Shown piece after piece: positions 47,243 to 55,101 of a DNA stretch of 64,000 nt (within the stretch, counting starts at the first letter, position 1; every line of letters starts with the position of its first letter). The notes under the pieces were generated by a model. It worked only from the letters and a program-made list of their open reading frames with translations, searched no databases and had not been told where the DNA came from. Source of the DNA: a virus; IMG/VR virus record IMGVR_UViG_2974791491_000001, positions 5,026 to 69,025 of that record; one strand, 5' to 3'. The translations under genes and the position numbers were made by a program.

Positions 47243-47514
47243 TGGCCGAACCGAATGTCATCGAACTCAAGTCCGAAAGCGGAAAGGTCATCACCTTCCT
47301 GCACCCTTTCGAGCCGGGTGAAGCCGAAATGGTTTTGTCCGAGCTGAAAACACTTCGGGGCGGGTTTGACCAGATGATTGACGACCTCGAAAAGCGGGTC
47401 GAGAAGCTGCGCGTGGAAGGGCTCATGGAGCCGAGCGTTGTTGTCTCACTCGATGAATACCGGGCACGTAAGGCCGCTAAGGCGAGTGCTCTTGAACCTA
47501 AGGATATTGGTTGA
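47242..47514 (+). CDS. hypothetical protein
   Basis: ATGA-coupled to pnkp; 90 aa. Confidence 0.35.
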   Translation: MAEPNVIELKSESGKVITFLHPFEPGEAEMVLSELKTLRGGFDQMIDDLEKRVEKLRVEGLMEPSVVVSLDEYRARKAAKASALEPKDIG

Positions 47515-48818
47515 TTCTCGACGCACCTAAGAACAATAACTATGCCGTGACCGTTGTGCGTGTCCCGGCTACCTACGATCTGGATGGCTTGGACAACCTG
47601 GTGGGTGTCAAGGTGTTCAATTCGCAGATCCTCACTCAGCGTGACGGGGTGGAGCCGGGTGAGCTTCGCCTGTACTTCCCGGCCGAGGTCCAGATTTCGC
47701 CCGAGTACGCCGAGTACAACAGCCTGTACAGCGGTGGCGCTGGCCGCAATCGTGACCCGGAAGCCAAGGGCTACCTGGCTAAGAACCGCCGCGTGCGGGC
47801 AATCAAGCTGCGCGGTCACCGTTCGGATGCGCTGCTGATGCCGCTCGACTCGCTCAAGTGCTTCACTGGCCGCTACGACTACCTGCAAGAGGGCGACACG
47901 TTCGACGTGATCGAGGGTCACGAGGTTGTCCGCAAGTACGAGCTTCCCCGCAATGAGCCCAAGGCCGGCGCAACCAAGCTCGCTAAGGTCCTTAAGCGGG
48001 TGGACAAGGCCCTGTTCCCTGAGCATCTGTCGACCGACAACTTCTTCCGCAACTCGCACCTGATCGACGAGAAGCGTGAGGTGGTCATCACCCAGAAGTT
48101 GCACGGCACGAGCATCCGTGTCGGCCGTGTTCCGGTTCGCCGCGAGAAGGGCCGCTGGGAACGTTTCCTCAACAGCCTGGGCGCGGCTAGCCCGGACTTT
48201 GCTCACGAGCCGGTGTTCGGCTCCCGCAAGGTCATCAAGGAGGCCGACAACAGTCGCCAGAACCACTACTACGGTTCGGACATTTGGACCCGGAAGGGCG
48301 CGGAGATTGTCGCGGACATTCCGGACGGCTTCATTGTCTACGGCGAACTGATCGGTTGGACCGAGGACGGTTCGCCGTTGCAGAAGGGCTACACCTACGA
48401 CGTGCCTAAGGGGCAGTCGGAGTTGTACGTGTACCGGGTTGCGCGGATCGACGTCAACCGGACGCTCACGGATCTGCCTTGGGATGGCGTTAAGCAGTTC
48501 TGCAAGGAACGCGGCTGGAAGTATGTTCCGGAGATTTACCGGATTATCCCCGAGGATGAGGTCGACTACGTAGGCGTTGACCTGGATCACCACGTCACGA
48601 CGCTGATGGACGTGCGTTACGCCGACGAGTTCAGGAACCTTCAAGGGGTTACAGACAAGATGGTCCCCCTTTCGGACGCTAAGACTGTCGATGAAGGTGT
48701 GTGCATCCGTCAGGACGCAATTACCCCGGTCATTCTCAAGGCTAAGTCCCCTAAGTTCTTGCAGCACGAGACCAAGCAGCTCGATAAGGGCGAAGTCGAC
48801 TTGGAGAGCGCAGCCTAG
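47511..48818 (+). CDS. ATP-dependent RNA ligase-like nucleotidyltransferase (Rnl5/DraRnl-like)
   Basis: Candidate motif I ITQKLHGTS (Lys ~197 after ~190 aa N-domain), ..IVYGELIGW.., motif V-like VILKAKSPKF. Confidence 0.45.
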   Translation: MILDAPKNNNYAVTVVRVPATYDLDGLDNLVGVKVFNSQILTQRDGVEPGELRLYFPAEVQISPEYAEYNSLYSGGAGRNRDPEAKGYLAKNRRVRAIKLRGHRSDALLMPLDSLKCFTGRYDYLQEGDTFDVIEGHEVVRKYELPRNEPKAGATKLAKVLKRVDKALFPEHLSTDNFFRNSHLIDEKREVVITQKLHGTSIRVGRVPVRREKGRWERFLNSLGAASPDFAHEPVFGSRKVIKEADNSRQNHYYGSDIWTRKGAEIVADIPDGFIVYGELIGWTEDGSPLQKGYTYDVPKGQSELYVYRVARIDVNRTLTDLPWDGVKQFCKERGWKYVPEIYRIIPEDEVDYVGVDLDHHVTTLMDVRYADEFRNLQGVTDKMVPLSDAKTVDEGVCIRQDAITPVILKAKSPKFLQHETKQLDKGEVDLESAA

Positions 48819-49009
48819 TGCAGAACGGGCAAACGCAGTGTTACGTGGCATTCCCCGGCCACCAATTTGACGTGGAATCCTTGCGCTTCGCATACGACCA
48901 CCTGATTGGCATGGGAGTTCCGCGCACCCGAAAACTGACCATCGAATCCGTCCCCAAAGTGGGAGACGAGAAGTGCGATGGGATCGCATTTGTGGAGGTA
49001 GTTCCGTGA
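48818..49009 (+). CDS. hypothetical small protein
   Basis: 63 aa, GTG start overlapping TAG. Confidence 0.25.
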   Translation: MQNGQTQCYVAFPGHQFDVESLRFAYDHLIGMGVPRTRKLTIESVPKVGDEKCDGIAFVEVVP

Positions 49010-49848
49010 CCGTTCACCTGTGGGCGCAAAGCCTCGACGACAAAGAGCTACACCCCGTTCACCCATTCCAGTTCCCTGGCGGCGAATGGCACATCACCCT
49101 CGGTGAACCGTTCGACCAGAGCCGCGACTACCAGTGGATCGCCAACGTTCAAGGTGCTAGTGCCGAAGACCTCGTGGTGGCAACCCTGCTAGCGGACATT
49201 GCGATGGACCGTGGTGAGGACTCGACACTGCTCATCCCCTACCTGCCTGCTGCACGGGCAGACCGGGGTGTCCCCCTTGGGCTTAGCGTGTACGGCGGCA
49301 TCATCAACGCCGCATGCTTCACCGAGGTAGTCACGCTCGATGCGCACAACCCTAAGGCTGCGGTGCGGGAAGTGAGTGGGCTCGTCAACCTGTCTCCCAC
49401 GCCTTTGGTGACCGCGACCATCCAGTATCACGACACGTTCACCGGGGTTATCGCCCCGGACGCGGGTGCTCGTCAACGCGCCGCCGACGTGGCTACCTCA
49501 CTCGGTGTGCCCCTGGTGGTGGCCGACAAGGAGCGGGACTTCGCCACCGGCCAGATCATGGGCCTGACGGTCCCGGACCTCGACCGGCTGGGTAACTACC
49601 TGGTGGTCGATGACATTTGTGACGGCGGCGGCACCTTCATGGCTCTCGCTAGTGCCACGAACCTGCCGCAAGACCGGCTGTCCCTGTGGGTCACGCACGG
49701 CATCTTCTCGGGTAACGCGGCCAACCTGCTCAAGCACTACTACAAGGCCGTCTACACCACCGACTCTCACCCCGGTTCGGGGCAGCTCGGCATGTGGACG
49801 GTCAAAACCCCCACGTGGGCATACATGTACAGAAAGGTCCAAGCATGA
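49006..49848 (+). CDS. ribose-phosphate pyrophosphokinase (PRPP synthetase)-like protein
   Basis: GTG 49006 with GGAGG 8 nt upstream; PRTase/PRPP-binding loop NYLVVDDICDGGGTF. Confidence 0.55.
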   Translation: MTVHLWAQSLDDKELHPVHPFQFPGGEWHITLGEPFDQSRDYQWIANVQGASAEDLVVATLLADIAMDRGEDSTLLIPYLPAARADRGVPLGLSVYGGIINAACFTEVVTLDAHNPKAAVREVSGLVNLSPTPLVTATIQYHDTFTGVIAPDAGARQRAADVATSLGVPLVVADKERDFATGQIMGLTVPDLDRLGNYLVVDDICDGGGTFMALASATNLPQDRLSLWVTHGIFSGNAANLLKHYYKAVYTTDSHPGSGQLGMWTVKTPTWAYMYRKVQA

Positions 49849-51326
49849 CCAAGTTCGCACCCGTAGCAGCGCTCTTCCAGACCGACGCCTACAAGCTCGG
49901 GCACGTTCAGCAGTACCAGTTGGCCGGCGAGGTCACTAAGGTCTACTCGAATTACACCAACCGTAAGAGCCGGCTGCCCGGTGTCGACAAGGTTGTGCAC
50001 TTCGGATTGCAGGCGTTCATCCAGAAGAACCTTGTGGAGGCTTTCGAGCCGTTCTTCGCGGCCGACGAAGACCTGGTGTGCAACCTGTACGAGGAGCGGG
50101 TTGAGCAGATCCTTGGCCCGAACACCATCGGGTCGGATCACATTCGGGCATTGCACCGTAAGGGCTATCTGCCGCTGCGGTTCTGCGGCCTGCCGGAAGG
50201 CACTGAGGTTCCGATCAAGGTTCCGTCGTTCACGGTCGAGAACACCGAGGATGAGTTCTTCTGGCTGACCAACTACATCGAGACGGCGCTTAGCGCTGGT
50301 GTATGGCAGGCATCCACGTCCGCCACGATTGCCCGCCAGTACCGGAAGATCCTCGACGAGGCCGCGCTTAACACTGGCGCTTACCCGTTGGCTGTCGACT
50401 TCCAGTGCCACGACTTCTCTTACCGGGGAATGAGTTCCAATGAATCTGCCCAAGCCTCGGGTGCGGCGCACCTCCTATCGTTTAGTGGGACGGACTCTCT
50501 GGTCGCTCTCGATTGGATTGACCGCTACTACGGAGGTTCGGATTACGTTGCGGCGTCAGTCCCGGCGACAGAGCACTCCGTCATGTGCACCGGCATTGAA
50601 GCCGTCGGAGAGCTTGAGCTCTTTTCGCGCCTACTTGACCTCTACCCGTCGGGAATTGTCTCCGTCGTTTCGGACACCTTCGACCTATGGACGGTCCTGA
50701 CCGAGTTTCTGCCTGCACTTAAGGACAAGATCCTGGCGCGTGACGGCAAGCTGGTGATCCGTCCGGACTCGGGCGACCCGGAGACCATCATCTGCGGAGA
50801 CCCGGATGCCGAGGCAGGGTCCGCCGCCTGGTTTGGTGTCGTCCGGCTGCTTCGGATGGCTTTTGGTTGCACCTGGAATGAGGCCGGCTACCGCGAGTTG
50901 AACTCGCATGTGGGGGTCATCTACGGCGACTCCATCACCCTCGAACGCGCTAAGAGCATCACGGCGCGACTCGAATCTATGGGTTACGCATCCACCAACG
51001 TTGTGTTTGGTGTCGGCTCATACACCTACCAGCACAACACCCGCGACACGTTCGGCTCCGCGATGAAGGCCACATGGGCTGAGGTCGACGGTGACGGCGT
51101 CAACCTGCTTAAGGACCCGATCACTGATGACGGCACTAAGAAGTCGGCTACGGGGCGTCTGGCGGTCGTCAACAGCGAGTACGGCGGAGACCTCAAGCTC
51201 ATCGAACGAGCAACCCCCGAAGCCGAGCAGTGGAGCCTCCTCAAGCCCATCTGGGAAAACGGACAGTTCGTACAGCGAGTTACCTTCGCCGATGTACGGC
51301 GCACCCTGGCTAACGCGGGGGCTTGA
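49845..51326 (+). CDS. nicotinamide phosphoribosyltransferase (NAMPT/NadV)-like protein
   Basis: N-terminal ..FQTDAYKLGHVQQYQ.. and central ..CHDFSYRGMSS.. (DFGxRG-like) motifs; ATGA overlap with the upstream gene. Confidence 0.6.
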   Translation: MTKFAPVAALFQTDAYKLGHVQQYQLAGEVTKVYSNYTNRKSRLPGVDKVVHFGLQAFIQKNLVEAFEPFFAADEDLVCNLYEERVEQILGPNTIGSDHIRALHRKGYLPLRFCGLPEGTEVPIKVPSFTVENTEDEFFWLTNYIETALSAGVWQASTSATIARQYRKILDEAALNTGAYPLAVDFQCHDFSYRGMSSNESAQASGAAHLLSFSGTDSLVALDWIDRYYGGSDYVAASVPATEHSVMCTGIEAVGELELFSRLLDLYPSGIVSVVSDTFDLWTVLTEFLPALKDKILARDGKLVIRPDSGDPETIICGDPDAEAGSAAWFGVVRLLRMAFGCTWNEAGYRELNSHVGVIYGDSITLERAKSITARLESMGYASTNVVFGVGSYTYQHNTRDTFGSAMKATWAEVDGDGVNLLKDPITDDGTKKSATGRLAVVNSEYGGDLKLIERATPEAEQWSLLKPIWENGQFVQRVTFADVRRTLANAGA

Positions 51327-51327
51327 G

Positions 51328-51636
51328 TTGGCTGACGGTAGCTGGTGGGCCTTGGAGAATCCGGGCCAATACTCCATCGGGGCAATCAAGCACCACCACA
51401 TACCTGGCGAAACGATGTATCACTGGGGTTCGGACGCTATTGACTACCTTAGGGTTCCGAAATCCCTGACGCTCATCGAGCTAACCAACGACCGGACAAC
51501 GACCGCGCTCACCGCCCACACCGACCCGGAAACTAACGAGAGTGTCGTCCTGGCGTACGGCAAAGGGAAGCTTAAAGAGCTAAGCGTCTACCTCGAACAG
51601 AAGCCGGACGCTTTCTCGTGGCGGAAGATTCACTAA
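51328..51636 (+). CDS. hypothetical protein
   Basis: TTG 51328 or ATG 51415; good GC3. Confidence 0.3.
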   Translation: MADGSWWALENPGQYSIGAIKHHHIPGETMYHWGSDAIDYLRVPKSLTLIELTNDRTTTALTAHTDPETNESVVLAYGKGKLKELSVYLEQKPDAFSWRKIH

Positions 51637-51682
51637 GGGAGGTCACCTGAACAACAAGCAGCTCGCGCAAGACAACCTCGTC

Positions 51683-52426
51683 ATGCTCGGCGTTGCCGGT
51701 TCCCAGCTCTACGGGACACAGCTCGACAACGGCGACAACGACCAAATGGGGGTGGCAATCGAGCCCCCAAGCCACGTCATCGGGCTAAGCCAATTCGAGC
51801 AATGGCAGTACCACAGTGCAGGCAACGGCGTCAGGTCCGGAAGCGAAGACCTCGACGTCACCGTGTACTCGCTACGGAAGTGGACCCGGCTAGCGGAACA
51901 GGGCAACCCCACCGTTCTGCTGCTCGGGTTCACCCCCGATGAACTTATCCTCAAGGACTCGTTCTGGGGTATGCAGCTCCGCGCCAGCATGGACATGTTT
52001 ATCTCCCAGCAGGCCGGCTCAAGGTTCCTCGGCTACCTCGACTCCCAGCGGAAGCAGATGCTCGGGCTTACCGGCCGCAAGCACTCCAACCGCCCGGAGT
52101 TGGTTGAGCAGTACGGCTACGACACCAAGTTTGCCTACCACGCCGTAAGGCTCGGCATGCAGGGTGTGGAGTACCTGACCACCGGCCACATGGAACTGCC
52201 CATGAAGCAGGAGTACCGCGACTACCTCATTGACATTCGGCAGGGCCGGGAGTCGAAAGAGGACGTGGTGACGGTTATCAACCTGTACATCGACTTGCTG
52301 CGCAAGCTTAAGCATTCGCCGGATCTGCCGCCTCGGGCTAACCGGGTGGAGATTGATGCGTGGCTTGAGGTCATGTACGAAACGTTCTGGTCGTCGCAGG
52401 GGCGGACGCTCCCCCATGTGGCTTGA
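51683..52426 (+). CDS. minimal nucleotidyltransferase (pol-beta superfamily)
   Basis: ..LGVAGSQLYGTQLDNGDNDQMGV.. GS-x9-DxD signature near N-terminus. Confidence 0.45.
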   Translation: MLGVAGSQLYGTQLDNGDNDQMGVAIEPPSHVIGLSQFEQWQYHSAGNGVRSGSEDLDVTVYSLRKWTRLAEQGNPTVLLLGFTPDELILKDSFWGMQLRASMDMFISQQAGSRFLGYLDSQRKQMLGLTGRKHSNRPELVEQYGYDTKFAYHAVRLGMQGVEYLTTGHMELPMKQEYRDYLIDIRQGRESKEDVVTVINLYIDLLRKLKHSPDLPPRANRVEIDAWLEVMYETFWSSQGRTLPHVA

Positions 52427-52670
52427 CGAGGATTCTGCGGTCAAGTACGTGGGCAGGTCCCGTAGGACTCTGCGCTGGTGGTACCAGATGGGTTTGGTGC
52501 AGCGACGGAAGCACAAAGGGTACTGGCAGTACGAATCCGAAACCCTAGCTGCCGCCAAGGCTAGGCAGGAACACAACTCTGCTACACAGAGGATCGTTCC
52601 GGGCCTTGGTGGTGAGCGGGGCCGGCGTGGTTTCAGGCAACGAGCCCACGGCATGGACCCCTTGTTTTGA
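52416..52670 (+). CDS. small HTH (MerR/excisionase-like) protein
   Basis: ..SAVKYVGRSRRTLRWWYQMGLV.. winged-helix-like. Confidence 0.35.
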   Translation: MWLDEDSAVKYVGRSRRTLRWWYQMGLVQRRKHKGYWQYESETLAAAKARQEHNSATQRIVPGLGGERGRRGFRQRAHGMDPLF

Positions 52671-52739
52671 GGATGGGGGGCGCTGCCAAGTGGTGAGTAA
52701 TCTTTATGGTGTGAATGGTTGATGAACCGTTTGCATCTT

Positions 52740-52811
52740 TCCCGTATAGCTTAATTGGCAGAGCGTCCGGTTGTTACCCGGATGGTCCAGGTTCGATTCC
52801 TGGTGCGGGAG
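52740..52811 (+). tRNA. tRNA-Asn (GTT)
   Basis: Hand-folded cloverleaf: acceptor TCCCGTA/TGCGGGA, anticodon arm TCCGG-TTGTTAC-CCGGA, T-arm CCAGG-TTCGATT-CCTGG. Confidence 0.7.
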
Positions 52812-52927
52812 CTTAGAGTAGATTGTTTCGGCTCCGTTTCGTAGAACACTCAGACGTCAATCCAAACGGGCAGCACTCGAAATCACTTACCCATGTGGGT
52901 GTCACTGGTTCATCGTTCGGGTGATCT

Positions 52928-52998
52928 GGGGCGATAGTTCAGTGGTAGAACGGCGGTCTCCAAAGCCGCTCGCCGGGGTTCGATTCCTCGTCGCCTCG
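52928..52998 (+). tRNA. tRNA-Trp (CCA)
   Basis: Acceptor GGGGCGA/TCGCCTC, D-arm GTTC-AGTGGTA-GAAC, anticodon loop CTCCAAA, T-loop TTCGATT. Confidence 0.7.
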
Positions 52999-53030
52999 CC
53001 GCGCTTGGCTGTGCGCGTAAACAGCTATCT

Positions 53031-53103
53031 GCCTTAGAAACCGAATTGGCTAGGTGCCTGACTTCCAATCAGGATTTTGCGGGTTCAAGTCCCGTCTAAG
53101 GCT
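53031..53103 (+). tRNA. tRNA-Gly (TCC)
   Basis: Perfect acceptor GCCTTAG/CTAAGGC, anticodon arm CCTGA-CTTCCAA-TCAGG, T-arm GCGGG-TTCAAGT-CCCGT; short D-stem. Confidence 0.6.
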
Positions 53104-53196
53104 CAATGGGACGCCAGAGATAAACGCTGGTGCGGTAGAAGCTGACCCGATTCAGAAACCCGCCGATTCCCGATCACCGATGGCTGCCGGTATATG

Positions 53197-53272
53197 CAGT
53201 TTCTAACTCTCCGTAGCTCAGTTGGTCTTAGAGCAGGGCACTCTTAATGCCCGGGTCGCAGGTTCGAGTCCT
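53197..53272 (+). tRNA. tRNA-Lys (CTT)
   Basis: Acceptor CTCTCCG/CGGGGAG, D-arm GCTC-AGTTGGTCTTA-GAGC, anticodon arm GGGCA-CTCTTAA-TGCCC, T-loop TTCGAGT. Confidence 0.7.
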
Positions 53273-53345
53273 GCCGGGGAGACGTAGTGGGAGACGGGGG
53301 TTCGATTCCCTCCATGCGCGCTGTAGCTTAATGGTAGAGCACCCA
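53273..53345 (+). ncRNA. tRNA-like fragments (3'-half-like T-arm/acceptor piece followed by 5'-half-like acceptor/D-arm piece)
   Basis: GGGAGACGGGGGTTCGATTCCCTCCA then GCGCTGTAGCTTAATGGTAGAGCA; no complete cloverleaf can be folded. Confidence 0.3.
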
Positions 53346-53528
53346 CGCTTTGCAAATATGTTCCGGATGGCCCGCTCAAGGGATACGGCGCATAGAGCTA
53401 AGAGGTTGTAAGCCCGCAAAGCCCAACCCTTAGTCTCCGCAGGTTCGCCACCGAACTACCTGCGTTATCAAAACCCACGTGAATTGAGGCCGAAGGGCTG
53501 GTGGGCCTTAGTTGGAAGGGTGGACCCA

Positions 53529-53611
53529 AGGGCTTATGGCGGAATTGGCAGACGCGCCGGATTCAAAATCCGGTACTCATTGAGTGTGTGGGTTCGAGTC
53601 CCACTAAGCCC
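53529..53611 (+). tRNA. tRNA-Leu (CAA), long variable arm
   Basis: Acceptor GGGCTTA/TAAGCCC, anticodon arm CCGGA-TTCAAAA-TCCGG, 14-nt variable arm, T-arm GTGGG-TTCGAGT-CCCAC. Confidence 0.65.
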
Positions 53612-53613
53612 AC

Positions 53614-53826
53614 ATGGAAAACACTGACATTCACAATCGGTTCGCCTTCCACCCGGCCACCACGGCTGAAAAGAAGGGCGCTCACGGCAGTATCCGCGAG
53701 ACCATGCTGTCGACCGCGCTCTACGTGAACGCTAACGTTCCGGACGGCCGCGAAAAGTCACTGGCTATCACTGCTCTCGAAGAGGCGATGTTCTGGGCTA
53801 ACGCGGCCATCGCACGAGTGGTCTAG
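53614..53826 (+). CDS. hypothetical small protein
   Basis: 70 aa, starts 3 nt after tRNA-Leu. Confidence 0.3.
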   Translation: MENTDIHNRFAFHPATTAEKKGAHGSIRETMLSTALYVNANVPDGREKSLAITALEEAMFWANAAIARVV

Positions 53827-54065
53827 TGGCAATCGTTCTGGGGGTCGGCGATGTCGACAAGATCACCGATCCCGGACACCTGGAAGCGCTCAGACGCCTC
53901 GAAATGATCGCCGCCTACACGCTTGCGGTTGACGATCCGGACTACGAGGCGCGTGACGTGAACGCTATGGCACTTAGCGGTGCGTGGGCGACTCCCGCGT
54001 ACCAACCATCCGAAATTGGCTCCAAGGCTGGAAAGAAGCTGCGGGCCATGTATTCCAAGAAGTAG
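53826..54065 (+). CDS. hypothetical small protein
   Basis: GTG start overlapping TAGTG. Confidence 0.3.
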   Translation: MAIVLGVGDVDKITDPGHLEALRRLEMIAAYTLAVDDPDYEARDVNAMALSGAWATPAYQPSEIGSKAGKKLRAMYSKK

Positions 54066-54074
54066 GAGAATCCT

Positions 54075-54467
54075 TTGGGTTTCCGTGATCTGTTTACTCC
54101 CCGCACCAAGCGTCAGAAGAAGGCTAAGGGCAAGGGTGAGCAGTTGGGCCGCGCGATCGGCGAACTGAGCGTGAGCGCTCAGGACTTCACCGTATCTCGG
54201 CTTGACACCATCACTCCCCGTACCTACGGCAAGAGCCCGGTCTCTTCGGTTCCGGCTGTCAAGACTCGTCCTGCGATCCAGCCTCGGCCGGCCGCTAAGC
54301 CTCGTAGCTACGACCGACCCAGTTACTCGGGCTATGACGACAGCTCTGCTGCGATCAGTGCTGCTACTGCTGTTGCGGTGTCGTCCAGCTACTCGTCGCC
54401 TTCGTACAGCTCGTGCGATTCCAGCTCGTCTAGCTCGTTCTCGTCCGATGCGGGCTGCTCGTTCTGA
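54075..54467 (+). CDS. hypothetical protein with Ser-rich C-terminus
   Basis: TTG start with GGAG RBS; basic N-terminus, SSYSSPSYSSCDSSSSSSFSS tail. Confidence 0.35.
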   Translation: MGFRDLFTPRTKRQKKAKGKGEQLGRAIGELSVSAQDFTVSRLDTITPRTYGKSPVSSVPAVKTRPAIQPRPAAKPRSYDRPSYSGYDDSSAAISAATAVAVSSSYSSPSYSSCDSSSSSSFSSDAGCSF

Positions 54468-54640
54468 TGTTTGAAGCCATCATCGCGGCTTTCTTCATCA
54501 CCCTACTCGTGGGGTTGTTCGTGGGCTTCGTCTACTGGATGCTCAATCCGCCGTCCTGGGTTGGCGGTGGCGGAACCTATAAGGGCGGGTTCGATCTGAG
54601 TTCGCCGCAAGGTGTTGCCCTACTGGTGGCCGCAACGTGA
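54467..54640 (+). CDS. small membrane protein (below ORF-track threshold)
   Basis: ATGA overlap; MFEAIIAAFFITLLVGLFVGFVYWML.. single TM; a second 33-aa TM peptide may follow (54637-54738). Confidence 0.3.
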   Translation: MFEAIIAAFFITLLVGLFVGFVYWMLNPPSWVGGGGTYKGGFDLSSPQGVALLVAAT

Positions 54641-54781
54641 TAACGACCATCCTCGGCGGGATCGGCGCTATCGCGCTTCTGTATGTGCTCGGTTACATAC
54701 TCATCGGGGCTTGGTGCCTTTGGAGCCTAGGTCGATGATCTATTGGGTTTGGTCACGTTCCCTCATCTAAACGTGACGCTA

Positions 54782-54863
54782 CTAGGTGATGCTCCAATGG
54801 CGGGGCAGCGGGCTGTAACCCCGTGGCGTTATACGCAGGCAGGTTCGATCCCTGTCACCTAGA
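54782..54863 (+). tRNA. tRNA-Tyr (GTA), long variable arm
   Basis: Perfect acceptor CTAGGTG/CACCTAG, anticodon arm GCGGG-CTGTAAC-CCCGT, variable arm, T-arm GCAGG-TTCGATC-CCTGT. Confidence 0.6.
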
Positions 54864-55101
54864 CAATTCACCTTCTTCTACGGGAGACCAACCTAACTCT
54901 GCTCCGTCAGGGGGAAGGTGACCTACCACGCGCCACGGACTGTCACACGCTGATGGTCCGTGGCGCTCTTTTTGTCTAAGAGAGGCTAAGCCATTCAAGG
55001 CGAACAGCTTGTAGACGGGCGCTGTGTGCGTTCGGAGCTTCTACCCGAACAGTGCTGGTGCAAACACCACCGAAACCTTGAGGAAGTGCAGGTAACAATC
55101 C

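Noticed and set aside
47208-48989. 593-aa minus-strand ORF opposite the RNA-ligase gene
   Set aside because: Same GC artefact. No RBS, poor composition, and it overlaps three coupled + strand genes.
53228-53419. Minus-strand 63-aa ORF across tRNA-Lys and the tRNA-like fragments
   Set aside because: Overlaps a confidently folded tRNA; no RBS.
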